Origin: Chiloscyllium plagiosum
Taxonomy: Eukaryota
Direction: 5' to 3'
Assembly: GCF_004010195.1 (NCBI RefSeq)
Contig: NC_057718.1
Location: 42,006,444 to 42,070,443, forward strand
Length of the DNA: 64,000 bases
In this document: in pieces, positions 1 through 13,458 of the stretch
Position numbering within the stretch: position 1 is the first letter of the stretch
How the letters are laid out: each line of letters opens with the position of its first letter
Program-made: the position numbers and the translations under genes
Notes under the pieces: model-generated
What the model was told of the DNA's origin: nothing
What the model saw: only the letters and a program-made list of their open reading frames with translations
Database searches by the model: none

Positions 1-213
1 TTCTCCCCGTGTCTGCGTGGGTTTCCTCCGGGTGCTCCGGTTTCCTCCCACAGTCCAAAGATGTGCAGGTCAGGTGAATTGGCCATGCTAAATTGCCCGT
101 AGTGTTAGGTAAGGGGTAAATGTAGGGGTATGGGTGGGTTACGCTTCGGCGGGTCGGTGTGGACTTGTTGGGCCGAAGGGCCTGTTTCCACACTGTAATG
201 TAATCTAATCTAA
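1..213 (+). mobile_element. HE1-like elasmobranch tRNA-derived SINE, 5' end cut by the window edge
   Basis: Near-identical to the copy at 32245-32563. Has the core GTCTGCGTGGGTTTCCTCCGGGTGCTCCGGTTTCCTCCCACA, a CR1-like tail GGGCCGAAGGGCCTGTTTCCACACTGTA, and (TAATC)n. Confidence 0.9.
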
Positions 214-760
214 TTACAAATGCAAAATCTGCAATGGACTAGTGCAATTGAACAGTTTAATAGAACATAATCATTTCTTTGTTCTCCTTCCACTACGAAG
301 TATTCCTTGATGTATTTATGAATGGTGACCAGATTCAATTTTATTAACATAGTTGAAAATGGTTATTTTCATCTAAAACAAGCAATTTCAATAAGTTTTG
401 TGTCCTCTGGTTGTGAGTAAAATCAATGAAAATAACTTTAAACTCATTTAATTGCCTCTTCTGTTATACTAGTCCACTTTCTTGGTGAACTGAATATCTT
501 CTGATATGAAAAAGCTTTTTAAATAGGTCTGCTACTGGCTGCAAACAGTGCACTTGGCAGAAGGCCATAATATTGGCCTAGGGACATAGTCAGTTTTGTG
601 GATGAAGCCTGATCCAGGTGAATTGCATGCTGATCCAAAATTAAAGATCATGAAAAGCACAAAACAGGGTGGAAAAGGCCTTAACTCAATTGCCTTTAGG
701 AATCCATTATCTTTTAAACTGCTTCGAGTGATTTTGCCAGGTTACACCGATGTAACTGTC

Positions 761-1205
761 GGCTGTGGCTCAGTTGATATCACTCTTTCCTCTGAAGCCA
801 AAAGGTCCAGGGTTTAAATATTTCTCCACGACTTGAGCACAAAAATCAAGGATGGCAGTCCAGTGCAGTACTGTGAGGGCACTGGCACAGTTGCCAGCTT
901 TTGAATGTAATGTCAACCTGAGCCTCCATTTCCCTACTTGGATTGATGCAAAAGTTCCTATGGCACTATTTTGAAGACCAGTAGGGGAATTATTTCAGAT
1001 AGCCATACTTAAAGTTGAGCTTTCCACTGCTATTATAAACATAAATAAATTGTCACTATACTGTGTCGTATTGCTGAACCCAAATTAGAAGTCACGTTTC
1101 GTGTACCACATTAGTGACGACACTTGAAAAGTACTCCATCAGATAGAAAATGCTTTGAGACCTCAAGTGGTTGTGAAAGATGGATTATATATGCAAGCTT
1201 TTTTT
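761..1205 (+). mobile_element. Old DeuSINE (SacSINE1/AmnSINE1-like)
   Basis: tRNA-like head GGCTGTGGCTCAGTTG; Deu-like body (GACTTGAGCACA...CCAGTGCAGTACTG...ATGGCACTATTTTGAAGA); L2-type tail (GCTTTGAGAC...GTGAAAGA...TATATATGCAAGCTTTT). Matched to a recalled consensus. Confidence 0.7.
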
Positions 1206-2091
1206 ATTGGTGTAAACGAATGGGAACTCAACTATTAACTTTCCCAAAGATGTATTTCTGCTAGTGCCTTTCCGTCATATCAGCGATGCAAGACTGCAAC
1301 AATGTCGGGCGAGTCCTCTAATATTTCCGATCTGGCATCTAAATTAATGTTCTTGGTGATTTGAGTGTATTCACCCTCACAGTCCATTGTTGCCTCCCAG
1401 CAATTTTATTCATGTCAGGAAATAAGTGGTAAGTAAGCACAGCACCGAAACCGAACATATCAGCAGGCACCCCCTCCCCCCCACCCCCAACCCCCACATA
1501 TCTCGAATGCCGTTGGCGTAGTGCTTTACACCAACATTAATTTCTAAGTTATCAGTTCAGACTAATGAAGCTGTGTGGTAAGAAGCCTTCATGGGGAAAT
1601 GAGAAGTTAATGTCAAATTGGATTGGGGGATGGGAGCTAAATGAAGACTCTACATTCTGTATGTAACAGAACATAAGTTGTGCATTGATTGTCTTTTGTC
1701 AAGGATCTTACATTTGGTGCAACCTACATATATCTGACAATTTAATTGAGAAACATCTGTTCCCTGCTTGAGGCATGTGTTGCTTGTTTTACCCTTTGAT
1801 TATTGCTTATTCATTTTAGCTTGATGTACCTGAAGATTCTTTTAACTCTTTAAGAACCAAACTTCTTTTTCACTTACAAAGTGAGTTTAAATGTGGCTCC
1901 TGCGCTGTTCCTTGAGGTAGCAGTGTTGCTGCATGGCATCAAGTATTCTCTTTTATATCAAATGTACCATAAGAACACAAAACAAAATGATCTAGTTGGT
2001 TGCTCACATAATGAAGATTTACCATCTACAATATAGTAAATTAATAACATTGAGTAGTTGAAGAACATTGTAAAATACAATTGAAAGCTTA

Positions 2092-3070
2092 GTTTTTATT
2101 ATTTGTCCATGAGATATGGGCGTCACTGGCTAGGCCAATATTTATAGTCCATCCTTAATTTCTCTGGAGAAGGTAATAATGAACTACCTTCCTGAATTAG
2201 TGCAGTCGATGGGATGTAAGTGTAATCACAATGCTATTAGGAAGGGAGTTCCCAGTACTATGACCACATGTGCCTGTGAAGAAATGACAATATTGTTCAA
2301 AGTCAGGACGATATATGGGTTGGAGAAGAACTTGTAGGTGATAATGTTCCCACGTTGTTTTTGGCTTTCTAGGTTCTAGGGGTCACAAGTTTGGAAGATG
2401 TTGTTGAAGGAGTTTTGAAGAGTTGCTACAATGAATGATGGTACACACTGCTTCCACTTTGTCTGAATAGTGAATGCCTTGAAAGAAAGTCAGAAAAAAA
2501 GATAGCAAAACTTGGAAATGAAAGTACTAGTCATACTCAAAATCCATTCTGAGGCATAAATGATGAGTCATACCAGTATGTGTGATTCACAAGATTTCCA
2601 TGCTTTATTCCCTTCTGGGGAGTGAATGTAGAAGGTAGTTGATGAGGTGTCAATTAAGTGGCCTGCTTTGTCCTGGATGGCGTTGAGCTTCTTAAACGTT
2701 AGTGAAGCTGTACTCTTGCAGACAATTGGAGTGTACTCCATCACATTCTTGGCTTGTGCCTTGTAGGTGGCGAGTAGGCTTTTGGGATAAAGAGATTAGT
2801 TACTTGCCACAGAATTCCTAATCTCTGACCTGCTCTTGTAGCCATAATAGTTATAATAAAGGGTTCATTTCAGTTTCTGGTCAATGGTACCCCCAGTATG
2901 TTGATTGTGGGGCATTCAGCAATGGTAATACCATTGAACAAAAGCGATGGTTAGAGTTTCCCTTTTGGAGATGATTATTGCCTGTCACTGTGTGCCCCAA
3001 ATATCACTTGTCACTTATCAGCACAAACGTAGATGTTGTTGCTTCATATGGACTCAGTTTCCTTCTAGTT
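2092..3070 (-). mobile_element. 3' fragment of a CR1/L2-group LINE (same family as 55370-57830)
   Basis: Shares sequence with 55375-55990 (e.g. TTGGAGATGATTATTGCCTG...CACTTGTCACTTATCAG). The 3' tail is the reverse complement of 58680-58780. Contains an insert of about 145 bp at 2477-2620. Confidence 0.75.
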
Positions 3071-3859
3071 TTAAGGAGTGTACAATATAATGTAAATAAA
3101 ATAAATAAACTGTACCGAGAGATGAGTCGGATTCTTTGATTGAATTTAACATGACATTAATTATTTAATTCTTTTGTTATGCTTGGCTTCACAATAGACA
3201 CCAAAACAAATGTGGTTAATCCTCTGCATTAAAATAAACTAGATCCTATCCATCATAATTGGGCATTGTCTAGGATAATGGCAACGTTTTGATTGAGGGG
3301 GAATCCAATTTTATATTGCATTATTAACCTAATATTAACTCAGCACTACCTGGTCAGAACTGTTCCTAAATAAGAGTCAGGAACAAATCTTTTGATTCAT
3401 CCATCTTGTCCCACACAACTGTGTTGCCTTGTCCATCATGTTAGGCACTCTCCTCACTGCATCCATAACCATTTGATCTGCCGCGGAGGGGGCTATGATA
3501 AACAAGGGGGGGTGTCCGGAACTGAAGACAGGGAGATTCAAAAATATGTTGAGAAAAGAAGGACAGCTTTAAAGTGCTAGAGGGTGGAGTGTTAAAGAGG
3601 AAGATAGGAAAAGAGGAACGGAGGGACCAGAGCAACATCAACATATCCAAGGCTATCAGACAACAAAGCAAAATATTTAACAAATGTTTGGGATCACCTA
3701 CCAAATCCTGCAGCACATAAGAATGCTGAAAGTGAAGCATACAGAGAGACACTTCTCTGGTGCAGATACATTATTGCAGAAGCTGCAACTTCAGTAGGAG
3801 ATACCAGCCACAGCACATAGGGCCAGATAGGTTGTCAACAGAGGAAGGGCATATGGAAG

Positions 3860-4620
3860 GTCATGATGTAACCTGGAGTGTGTAGCATCTGGATGAACTA
3901 TCAGCAGATGTTGAGCAGCAGAGCTGGAGAAAACTCTGCCTCCTCAGTTACCAAACGATGAGCCATAATGCAGGGTAAGCTGGATCCAATGAATTGGGTG
4001 GTTGCCCTATGTTAGCAGCATTCAAAGTGACCACAATGATCAACTTTCATGCTAATGGATCTGCCAAAAATATGAAAGGAATCACACTGTCAATAGGGCT
4101 GTTGACTTTATACGCTACGACACTGACTTTGACAGCCAGGCAGGGAGGCTTTTAGCTTTCACTGGCCCAGCTGGGTTTCAATGTGTGCAAAGTATCATCG
4201 ACTTCACACATGTGTCACTATAAAAATCCCATCTGAGTAGTCAGCGGCAGTCAGCAATAGAAATGGCTTCTTTTCAGTCAACATTCAAATTGTGTCCATT
4301 CCAGGAACTACTTTCTACCAGTCTGACCCCAACGTCCAGACAATGGTGCTTCAGTTGCCCCATCTGCTCCTGCCTCCTCCGCAGTGTCAGGGAATACCCC
4401 TTCAGAACTTGGTGCATGATGCCAATCAGGAATCTTTTTGGTGAGGCAGAGGAAAGGTACAATGTCAATCATAGCTCCACAAAGGCCATAATCAAGCAAA
4501 CAATAGGGGCTGCCCAAAATGCACTTCTATTGAATGGACCTTTGTGAGGGAGCTCTACAGTATGGGCCAGAAAGGGGGGCATGGAACAACATTGTGTATG
4601 GCACAACAGACCTTGTACAT
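3860..4620 (+). mobile_element. Decayed PIF/Harbinger DDE transposase (HARBI1-like) remnant
   Basis: Frame-shifted translation gives Harbinger motifs in the expected order: AAFKVTTMINFHANGS, GFQCVQSIIDFTHV, NRNGFFSVNIQIV, EYPFRTWCMMPIRN..EAEERYN..H..TKAIIKQTIG. Confidence 0.8.
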
Positions 4621-5387
4621 AGAAGCCATGGAGAAGACACGATCCTCAATGGGTTATGATATTGGAGAACTTAAGGTTCAGCAGGCAGGATTGTAAAATC
4701 ATCTGCCTTCAGCAGGGAAAAAAGGATAGAAATATATATGAGAGAGGGCAAGAAATATTAATATTCACCCACTTCAATTTTTCTCACAGTTCAGCATCTT
4801 TTCTCCAAGTTGCATCAGCTGCTTTAAATGTCTTGTCTCTTTGGAATGATGTGATAGTACAGAACAGAGTCTTGCATATGGACCATCCCATTCACCAGAG
4901 AGAGCTATTGATCAGAAGACATCTGTCCCATCCTTGTGTGGGAACGCAAAAGTTTAATCAACCAGTTATTTAGCACCAAGGAGTAAATGACACATTAATA
5001 GGAGCATAACTAAAGTCAATCACGTAGACATGTTAACATAAAAATACATCATAGTGCAACACAGTGCTCTTCTTAAAGTGCTGTCTTTTGCTGTAGCTAC
5101 CCAGCATTTACAGTTGAGGTGTAGGCAAGCTCCTGATCTCCACATCTTGCAACTTGTGATGACTATATCCAGTGTCTGAGGCTTGGGCGCCTGATGGGGT
5201 CATGAGAGACTCCTCAATGGCTACTTCCACTGGAGAGGCTTGGTTTTCTGGCAGACTGGCAGGAGCTCCTACCAATCCTCAGAGCACTGCAAGAGGAGCC
5301 CTAGGATGGCTGGCTGCAGCTCTTCTGGCCTTGGTACATGTTGTTGCCATCATGCTGTCTCTATGTGGAGGAGGTGTCCCATGAGGG

Positions 5388-5597
5388 TGAAATAACTCTT
5401 GAAAGGCCAGCATCCCATCATCAATCACACTTTATTGATTAATGCATAGCCTTTGACAGAGTCTCACTGAGTCAGGCATAAAGATCAATATCCCTGATAT
5501 TCATCCTTTTATGTCAGCCAGGGCTCCCTGATTGGACCAAATCAGGGAACTCCTATTTTATATGGTTCAGCTGGCTTACTTTGTTACAATTGCTACA
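5388..5597. mobile_element. Short solo LTR (about 210 bp)
   Basis: TG...CA termini with a 5-bp TSD GAGGG at 5383-5387 and 5598-5602. Internal inverted CCAAT-like motif CCCTGATTGGACCAAATCAGGG. Confidence 0.7.
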
Positions 5598-6589
5598 GAG
5601 GGATGTCCGGAGGCATAGTCCATCTCCTGCACCTATTACTGTAGTGAACTGACTGCTATAGTGACGGTCTGCAAATTCAAACTGAGTGGTCTGTTGGATT
5701 AGCCTATCCATGACCAGTCACCAATCTTCCCGTAGACAAAATGATGCTCTCATCTGACTGAGACATGGCAGAAATCATGGCATAACTTGGATGGGCACCT
5801 CCACATCCTGTCAATGCCTCAGGCATTTCAGCTGAGTAAGTGTGTCTGACCTCAGTTGGCCATCATCAACCTGGGCATATCTGACTGTTATGTGTGTAAG
5901 AGATAGAAAGTGAGCAATATCAAAGGATTGTGTATCAGCTGAAGTGTTAAAAATAGCCAGAAGCTGTTCTCTCCTGGATTGGAATTGTAGAAAGCTTAGT
6001 GATAGCCTAGGGACAGAATAGCAGTAATATTGTAATTGCAACTGATTTAGAACTACACAGCACAATGCATAGGTTATAACCTGAGCCTCTGGAATACAGC
6101 TTTGGTTAATTGTACTGAACTCTCTTGTAAAAGCTATTTAGGGAATTGGGGTTGATTTACTGGTTGTTGTTATTTATAGAGTGGGTTCATAGAAGAAATC
6201 CAGGCAGATGTTAAAGTAAAACAATGATTTCAAAGGATTATATAGGTCAGTCCAAACCCATTTTTATTTTTAAATATTTTTGTCTGTTTTGTTTATACAT
6301 ACACTAATAGTAAATAGTAAAACTCCAAATGTAAAAAGAACACTAACTAGGACCAATTATGTTTGAGGGCAAACCTTCTCTCTGTGTGAACAGAGATTAG
6401 GGAAAGTCCATTTTTAATAGGGAAGTTAGTTAATTTGATTTCTCAGATAAGACAGAGTTGTAAAGGGTCTTTTCCTATGTAGAACTGCCCCATTAATGAA
6501 ATTATGAGCAGTGAGTGCTGCTCAGTTGCTTTTTATCCTTACTGTAATGACACAGAAGCAGACTTCATGAAATTATTCAAATGTCTGCC

Positions 6590-8900
6590 AGAAGACAAGG
6601 ATGAGAGTCATCATTTTTCAGAATCCAGGGCAATTTGAATCAATTGTCTCTTCTTTCCTGTGTTTATGACTGAAACTCTTTGAAAATCTAGAATTACAAT
6701 TGGAAATAATAGAGAAGAATAATTTTAGCACTGATTAGAGCACAATGAAGCATTAACCCCACCTACTGCCCTCTTTGTTAGGGAGGTATAAATGTAATCA
6801 GTTGAAGAATGGCTGCATGCAGTTAAACCAAATGAAAAAAATATTATCTGTGCAAAACAAAACTAAAATATGGCAATGAGACTTGGACAGATATTTTGGT
6901 CAGATTTAATTGGATAAATTAAGGACTGAAGGACATTGCAACACATTTTTTGAACTTTTAAAGCTGATTTTGAGGAAGTCTAAGCAATTTGAAAGATTAC
7001 ATATTTGGCTGAAAGTGGATAAATTGGGAGACAAAGATAAAATAAATATTTTAGCTCATTATGATGGGGTCAAGTGTGGTTGACGTGTCGAGAAACCAAT
7101 GAGAAGCCAGCACAACTGAAGAATTCTGAGATTAATGAGATTCTGCACATAATGAGATATGGCACAGCTAAGGATGAGATTGTGCTGAAAGTTAGAATCA
7201 ATGAAACGAAGCAGTTGCCAAGTGAAACTGCTTGGATTATGAATGAAACAAAAAAAGGTCACTCATCAGTATGGAGCAAACTTTGGAATCAACCATAGAA
7301 ACACAGTCATAGAAGCATAAAGGACAAAAACCACAGACCTAACTTTTGAGCAAAGATGATAAACTGACGTGGAAGGAAACCTGTATTGAAGCCAAAGCTA
7401 GAGATTTCAGCAATATCCAAAACACAGCAGCAAGGTTCACAGTCTCAGACTGAGAAATTTAGATGCTACAATTGTCAGGCAGCCACCAATCATTCATTTA
7501 ACTGCTCATGTTTCCAGTCAAAGTGGTGCATCCTGTGGGAAAGTCAGTTACATCTGGACAGAATGCGTGAAGAAAGGAAACAGGAGCAAGCCAGATCATT
7601 GTAAAGCTCCTGGTTACAATCATGTACCAGGTCTATGCTACGGGAAGTCTGAAACTAATTCAGGAATCTGACAATCCTAGATGTTAGATGTGGAAACAGA
7701 AACTGAAGTTATCAGCGGAAAGATCAAAGGTTAAACCTGGTCAGAAAGCAAAGGGAAAAAAAAACACATAAAACAGTTCATAATGATACAGATGCAGATA
7801 TTATTCCAACATTTAAAGTAGAAATGAAAATTAGATATTCATAGCTTATATTCAGGTTCGATGCATCGAGAACTATGTCCGTTATCTTGGAAAGAGAATA
7901 TAAGATTGGTTATTCCAATACAGTATTTCAGTGGTAGGCAAAGTTACTATTAAAATGGAATATGATGATCCATTGTAATACTTATAGAAGTAGTAAAGGA
8001 AAAACTTCTTCCTGATGGGAAAGAAATCATTTAAACATATCTTGTTAAACTGAGCTGAATTGTAAGCTGTAAGAATCAGTAACAGTAAATCCAATTTTGA
8101 GAAAGTGCTAAGACAACAAGTGATCTTTCAGCAAGCAGAAACAATTGATAAAATTAACCATTAGTTCAATATTAAATATCGTATGTCAGCAGATCATACA
8201 CATGTTCTCTCAAGATTTCCTATAAAGATTAATTCATTTATAACCATTGAATTACCTGTGTTTACTTTTCAACAAAATCACAAGTGATTGTCTGTTAGAG
8301 AAATTAGTGAAAAAACTGATGAGCGTGTAGTAATCGATAAAGCATTCAACTATGTTATGATTGGCTGATAGAGTGTGAGAATGAGCTACTGTGAAAGTAT
8401 TTCCCGCATAGAAATGAACTGTGTGTAGATCAAGATTGTCTTCTGCGCCAGTTGAGAATCATTATCCTGTCATGGCTTCAACAGAGATTATTAGAGGAAC
8501 TTCATTAAGAGCACACAGGGATGGTCTGGATGAAAGCAGCAGGAAGAGGGATCTTTGATAACTAAAAAATAGGTAACGATACTGAAAGGTTTGTGGAAAG
8601 TGTGCCTCCAAATGAGAAATAATCCAATCATGGATCTTTTCAATCCATGCTGAAATAGAAGAAATCCATGAGAACAAGTCCATGTTGGTTATTTGGAAGT
8701 GGAAAGGAAAGAATACTTTGTTTTGACTGATTGCTATACCAAGTGAACACATACTGAATCCAAAACCAAATTTTGTAACTTTAGTGATTACACAAGAGCT
8801 TCTAAGAATTTTCAATATACAACCCTCACATAAAAAGCTAGATTAGATTTTTAGGGACTTCTTGCCTTCATTTAGAATCATCTGCTACAGACTGCCCAGT
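6590..8900 (+). mobile_element. Decayed Ty3/Gypsy internal region (gag zinc knuckle, protease trace, integrase; RT apparently deleted)
   Basis: ORF 7386-7604 has an FRCYNCQ...H...C.FQSKWC knuckle. 8410-8750 translates to NELCVDQDCLL..LRII, LEELH*EHTGMVWMKA and P*EQVHVGY...YFVLTDCYTK*, which are integrase zinc-finger and core motifs. Confidence 0.75.
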
Positions 8901-9237
8901 ATTATGGTGAGTGTGCATTCCATATTCCCTTAAAAAGGGAACTTCAACTCAATTGCTATCTGAAGAAGTCTTTCTGAAGGAGGACAGAATATTTATTTTG
9001 CTCCAGACTTTGTTCCCTTATCATTCCTATCCCAACTTAATTATATAATTCTGCACTTATGTTTAAGACCCCAAACTGCCTTGTATGTGTATGTGCGTGT
9101 GTTGGGGTGGAAGGGAAGTGTCCCTGGAGCAGTCTGAAGTTAGAAGGTATTCAATGTCCCTACTGAACATTCCAACACCTAAATCAATCTAACTTGAGCT
9201 GCTTATATCTGAAGACAAATTGAGGGATCTTACAACT

Positions 9238-10030
9238 TCATAGAGGTTTACAGCAGACACAATAAAAATCCTTTTGTCACATCGAGTCTGTGTGGTCCAA
9301 AACAACTCCTAGCTATTCTAATCCTGTTTTCCAGCATTTGGCCCATAGCCTTGTCTGTAAGTATACATCTGAATACTTCTTAAAAGTTATAAAGGTTTCT
9401 GCCCTACTATCCTTACAGCGTAGTAGGTTCTGGATTCCTACCACCCTCTGACTGAATAAAGAAGATTTGCTGACATCCTCTCTAAACCTTCTACTCCTTA
9501 CCTTAAATCTAAGCCTCTAGGCATTGATCTCTCCATCAAGGGGAAAGGTTCCTTCCTGTCTACCCTGTCTTTGCCCATCATAACTTTATACATCTCAATC
9601 ACGTTCCCCCCTTAGTCACCTTGCTCCACGGAAAACAACCCCAATCCATCCAAAATATTACAAAGAACTGTGGATGCTGGAAATCTGAAACAAAATCAAA
9701 AATTGCAGGAGAAACTCAGCAGGTAGGTCTTGTAGGCATCTGTAGAGAGAAAGCAGAGTTAACATTTCAAGTCCAGTGACCCTTCTTTAGAACAAATGTC
9801 ACTGGATTCAAAACATCAATCTATCCAATCTCTCTTAATAACTAAAACTCTACAGCATAGGCAACATCCTGGTAAATCTCCTCTACACCTTCTCTAATGC
9901 AATCACATGCCTCCTATAATCTGGATTCCAGAACGGCACACAACTGTGGCCCAACCAACATTTTATACAGTACCAGCATCACCTTCCTACTCTTAAACTA
10001 TGCCTCGACTAACCAAGTGCATCACCTCAC
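9238..10030 (-). mobile_element. CR1 LINE 3' fragment
   Basis: Homologous to 39952-40730 and 63152-63990 (CATAGAGG..TACAGCA tail, GGCAACATCCTGGTAAATCTCCTCT). Interrupted at 9654-9816. Confidence 0.85.
9654..9816. mobile_element. Short PLE-derived insertion, family 2 (partial fold-back, degenerate hammerhead)
   Basis: Flanked by CAATCCATCCAA (9642-9653) and CAATCTATCCAA (9817-9828). Internal inverted TCCAGTGAC/GTCACTGGA. Related to 43635-43868 and 47054-47128. Confidence 0.7.
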
Positions 10031-11214
10031 ATTTATATCTTATTTGAAGTTTATTGTTAAATGTTGAACCTGCTGTTTATGGGCTTTGAAGCGTTACTGC
10101 ATGAGTATTGTTAAATGATTTACAGCCTCACCTCTCCACCCCAATCACCCCTCACCCTCCTTACAATTTTCTGGAGGTCAGCTCCTTTCCTCTTTGGTTT
10201 TCTGTTTATCTTAACTTGTGACTTCCACCACAGATAGTTGTCCATGTTCCCGGCTCTGAATTTCCCTCCTTAAACATCTTGTCCACTTTTTTTTCTTTTA
10301 AGACTATCCCTATATCGTATCTGATTAATCAATATTTCGTCAGGATTCATAGGCTGAATCTTACATCATTTGGGCTAAGTGTCAGATGTGTCAAGCTTTT
10401 TGGAAGGTTTAGCAATACAAGGTCTAGCAATACTTCTCATTGTATCTTAACAAACTGCCTACCCTGCACCAATTACATTTCTCTCATCTGATTCGAGCCC
10501 AACGTAATACATGCCTTTCCTGGAACAATTCATTCATCACAGGATATCCACCAAAACATTGCCATCCGTTGTCTCACACCATCTTTAAGAGGCTGCTGTT
10601 GCTGCACCTGAACAAACCCTGGCAATCTGGTATTGCTTCTCAATGACAACATAATGACACACAGCAACCACAAAGCCTTGCTACTCACAGCACACAGCCA
10701 GCATGGCTGGTGCATTCCCTCGCATGAACAACTCTCATCCTAGTCACCTCTTAACCTCCACACCACACAGTTTATCTTTCCTAATCCTAATTCCATGCAA
10801 ACACCCTCTCTAAGTCACTGCTACTCTATCTCCAATGTCCACTGGATACCGTAATCTGTCATCATCCAATGGGGGAGCCAACGTATAGAGACAAACAATC
10901 GAACAATTCCAAACATGAGATTTTATTTACACTGAGCAGAGGTAACCCCCCCCAAAAAAACCCAATAGAAGTTGCAGTTCACCCCCACTATGTCAAATGC
11001 TGGCATGCTGACTAATGACTCTTTGGAATTCCGTGACTGTCTGCCAGACCCAGCTCTCACCTACTGGAACCGAATGTTAGTCAGCTCCTGTCTGGCTTGC
11101 AGCACTTGAAGCAGCTGAGCTCTGTCATGGACAAGGAGAATTTCTTCCTCCCCATACCCTTCACATGACTGCTCCCATTCCTTCAGCTCCTCAGCATCTA
11201 TCATTTTGCTTTGT

Positions 11215-11400
11215 TACCTGCTCCAGTTGTGCAGAGCACAGCATGCAGCAATGATTCAGTACAGTCTGTCCATGTTAACCTGGGTGGGCTCATCTTCAAA
11301 TCAATCCAAGCTGCAGAGATCTTTAAGAACCCTGTTGTCTGCCCTCCCACTGTTCTGGGCACAGCATGTGCACCAACTTGGAGAATAGGCCACAGCAGTT
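11215..11400 (-). mobile_element. Harbinger transposase C-terminal remnant
   Basis: The minus strand reads HAVPRTVGGQTTGFLK (cf. H..TR..IEQTIGLLK) followed by IIAACCALHNW. Confidence 0.65.
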
Positions 11401-13312
11401 GAGTGAACAACACTTTAATCCAAAAAGGGAATACTTGCTCCATCCCAGACCCATTGCAACCATAAACTTATAATTGAATTTAGCAGTCCATCATCATACT
11501 TAAATAATAGATGATGCATCAATATTCCTCTCATCCCACAATACCTTGCAACGTTCTTAAGTGATGGGACATTTTCCCCTAGTATTTACCTACTTGAAGT
11601 CATCACTGCTAACTTCTCGAACACTGAGATTACAATGTGAGATTTCCAAGCACCACTGACATTGTGCAATGTATCTTTGACCAGTGTTTCATGCCAAGGT
11701 ACACTCACTCTGCATACAAATACGCAAAGAACTGATTACAACTGAAATATAGCTGGAGTTTGCAAATGCATATTTCTCTCTTTAATGTTATAGCATCCAA
11801 CAAACATGGATCTCATCATAGCGAGTTTTGAGAAGATTTGTAACTCAGGTTGAGGTTCTGGATGTAGGTTTGTTTGCTGAGCTGTAAGGTTCATTTCATT
11901 TGAATACATGGTCTGCTCTGTGTAGTTCCTCTGTGCTGAAGTGTGTGTTGGCTCGTTGCAGCTTTGTTTATGGATGTTAGGATGATTGCTTCTGTAGTTC
12001 AATATTCGCTGTACTGTGACTACACCAAAGACTAAAACACATGGTAGAAGACTCACGCCACTCCATCCACTCCACCCAAGAATTCCTGAAGATCATCAAA
12101 GACACTAAGATTGAAGAGGATGAAATAAATGGTATCCTCTGATGTAACAGCCCTGTTTACATCAATCAACATTAACCTGGCCAAGGAAACACTGACTACA
12201 CTATTAGAAGACCCAAAGACACATACACCAAACACCACTAACATCATCAACAAGGATAATATCATCAAGCTAGTGGACCTATGTCTTACCATACACTTCA
12301 CCTTCAATAACAAAACCTACAGACAAACCAACAGAACACCCATGGGATCTCCGATATCAGGGTTCTTAGCAGAGGCAGTAATGCATAGTCGTGAACAAAC
12401 AGCTCTGCCAACCATCCAACCCAAACTTTGGGTCCACTACATGGATGGTACCTTTGTCATCACTAAACGAAACAAATTAGAGGAAACCTTCAAGACCATC
12501 AATAATACCCTTACTGGCATAAAATTCACTAAAGAGGAGGAAAATAACAAACAACTGCCATTCCTAGATGTCAAGTAGAGCATACAGCGAATGGGGAACT
12601 TCAAACCAGCGTCTACAGGAAAACAACACGTACAGACCAAATATTGAACTACAGAAGCAATCATCCCAACTTCCACAAACAAAGCTGCATCAGAACATTA
12701 TTTCAACGAGCCAACACACACTACAGTACAGAGGAACTAAACAGAGCAGAGGAAAACCACCTATACTGTATATTCAAAAAGAATGGGTACCCAATGAACC
12801 CAGTCTGCCAATTTCTTAGCAACAAACCCAAACAATCAGACAAACATGTCCAGAAACCCTAGCCACTCTCCCCTACATCAAAGACATCTCGGAAATGACT
12901 GCCAGACTACTCAGACCCATTGGCATCATGGTAGCCTACAAACCCACAAACATACTAAAACAGCAGCTAATGAACTTGAATGACCCTATACAGACAACAA
13001 GCAAAACTAATATAATTTACAAAATACCGTGCAAGGACAGTAACAAACACGACATTGGACAACAGGCAGAAAACTAGCCACCAGGATACATGACCACCAA
13101 CTAGCCACAAAACGACCTGACCCTCTCTCACTAGTATCCTTACATACAGATAAGGAAGGACACCACTTCAACTAGGACAACACATCCATCCTAGAACAAG
13201 CCAAACACAGATGCACGCGAGAATTCCTAGAAGCATAGCACTCCAACTGGAACTCTATCAACAAACACATCGAGTTAGACCCCATCTAGGCCCCCCTGAG
13301 AAAAAGAACAGC

Positions 13313-13362
13313 AAGTGACTTCACCACAGGAAGTGACATCACCACAGGAAATGACATCACCA
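13313..13362 (+). repeat. 18-bp tandem repeat, about 3 copies, in the PLE 3' region
   Basis: AAGTGACTTCACCACAGG / AAGTGACATCACCACAGG / AAATGACATCACCA. Confidence 0.85.
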
Positions 13363-13417
13363 ACCCAAAGAAACCCAAACATATACATAGGAATTATCAG
13401 CAGTGTCTCGCCTGATG

Positions 13418-13458
13418 CCCACTGAAGATGTTACCTAGTAGGGTGACAAAACATCTGG
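13418..13458 (+). ncRNA. Degenerate type I hammerhead ribozyme in the PLE 3' terminus
   Basis: CCA-CTGAAGA-T-GTTACC(TAGTAG)GGTGAC-AAAA-CA-TC-TGG. Stem I is CCA/TGG and stem II is intact, but GAAACGTC has decayed to AAAACATC (two CpG-type G>A changes). Confidence 0.7.

Noticed and set aside
13313..13362. Short repeats as a possible CRISPR-like array
   Set aside because: They are contiguous tandem units without spacers, in a eukaryotic PLE context.
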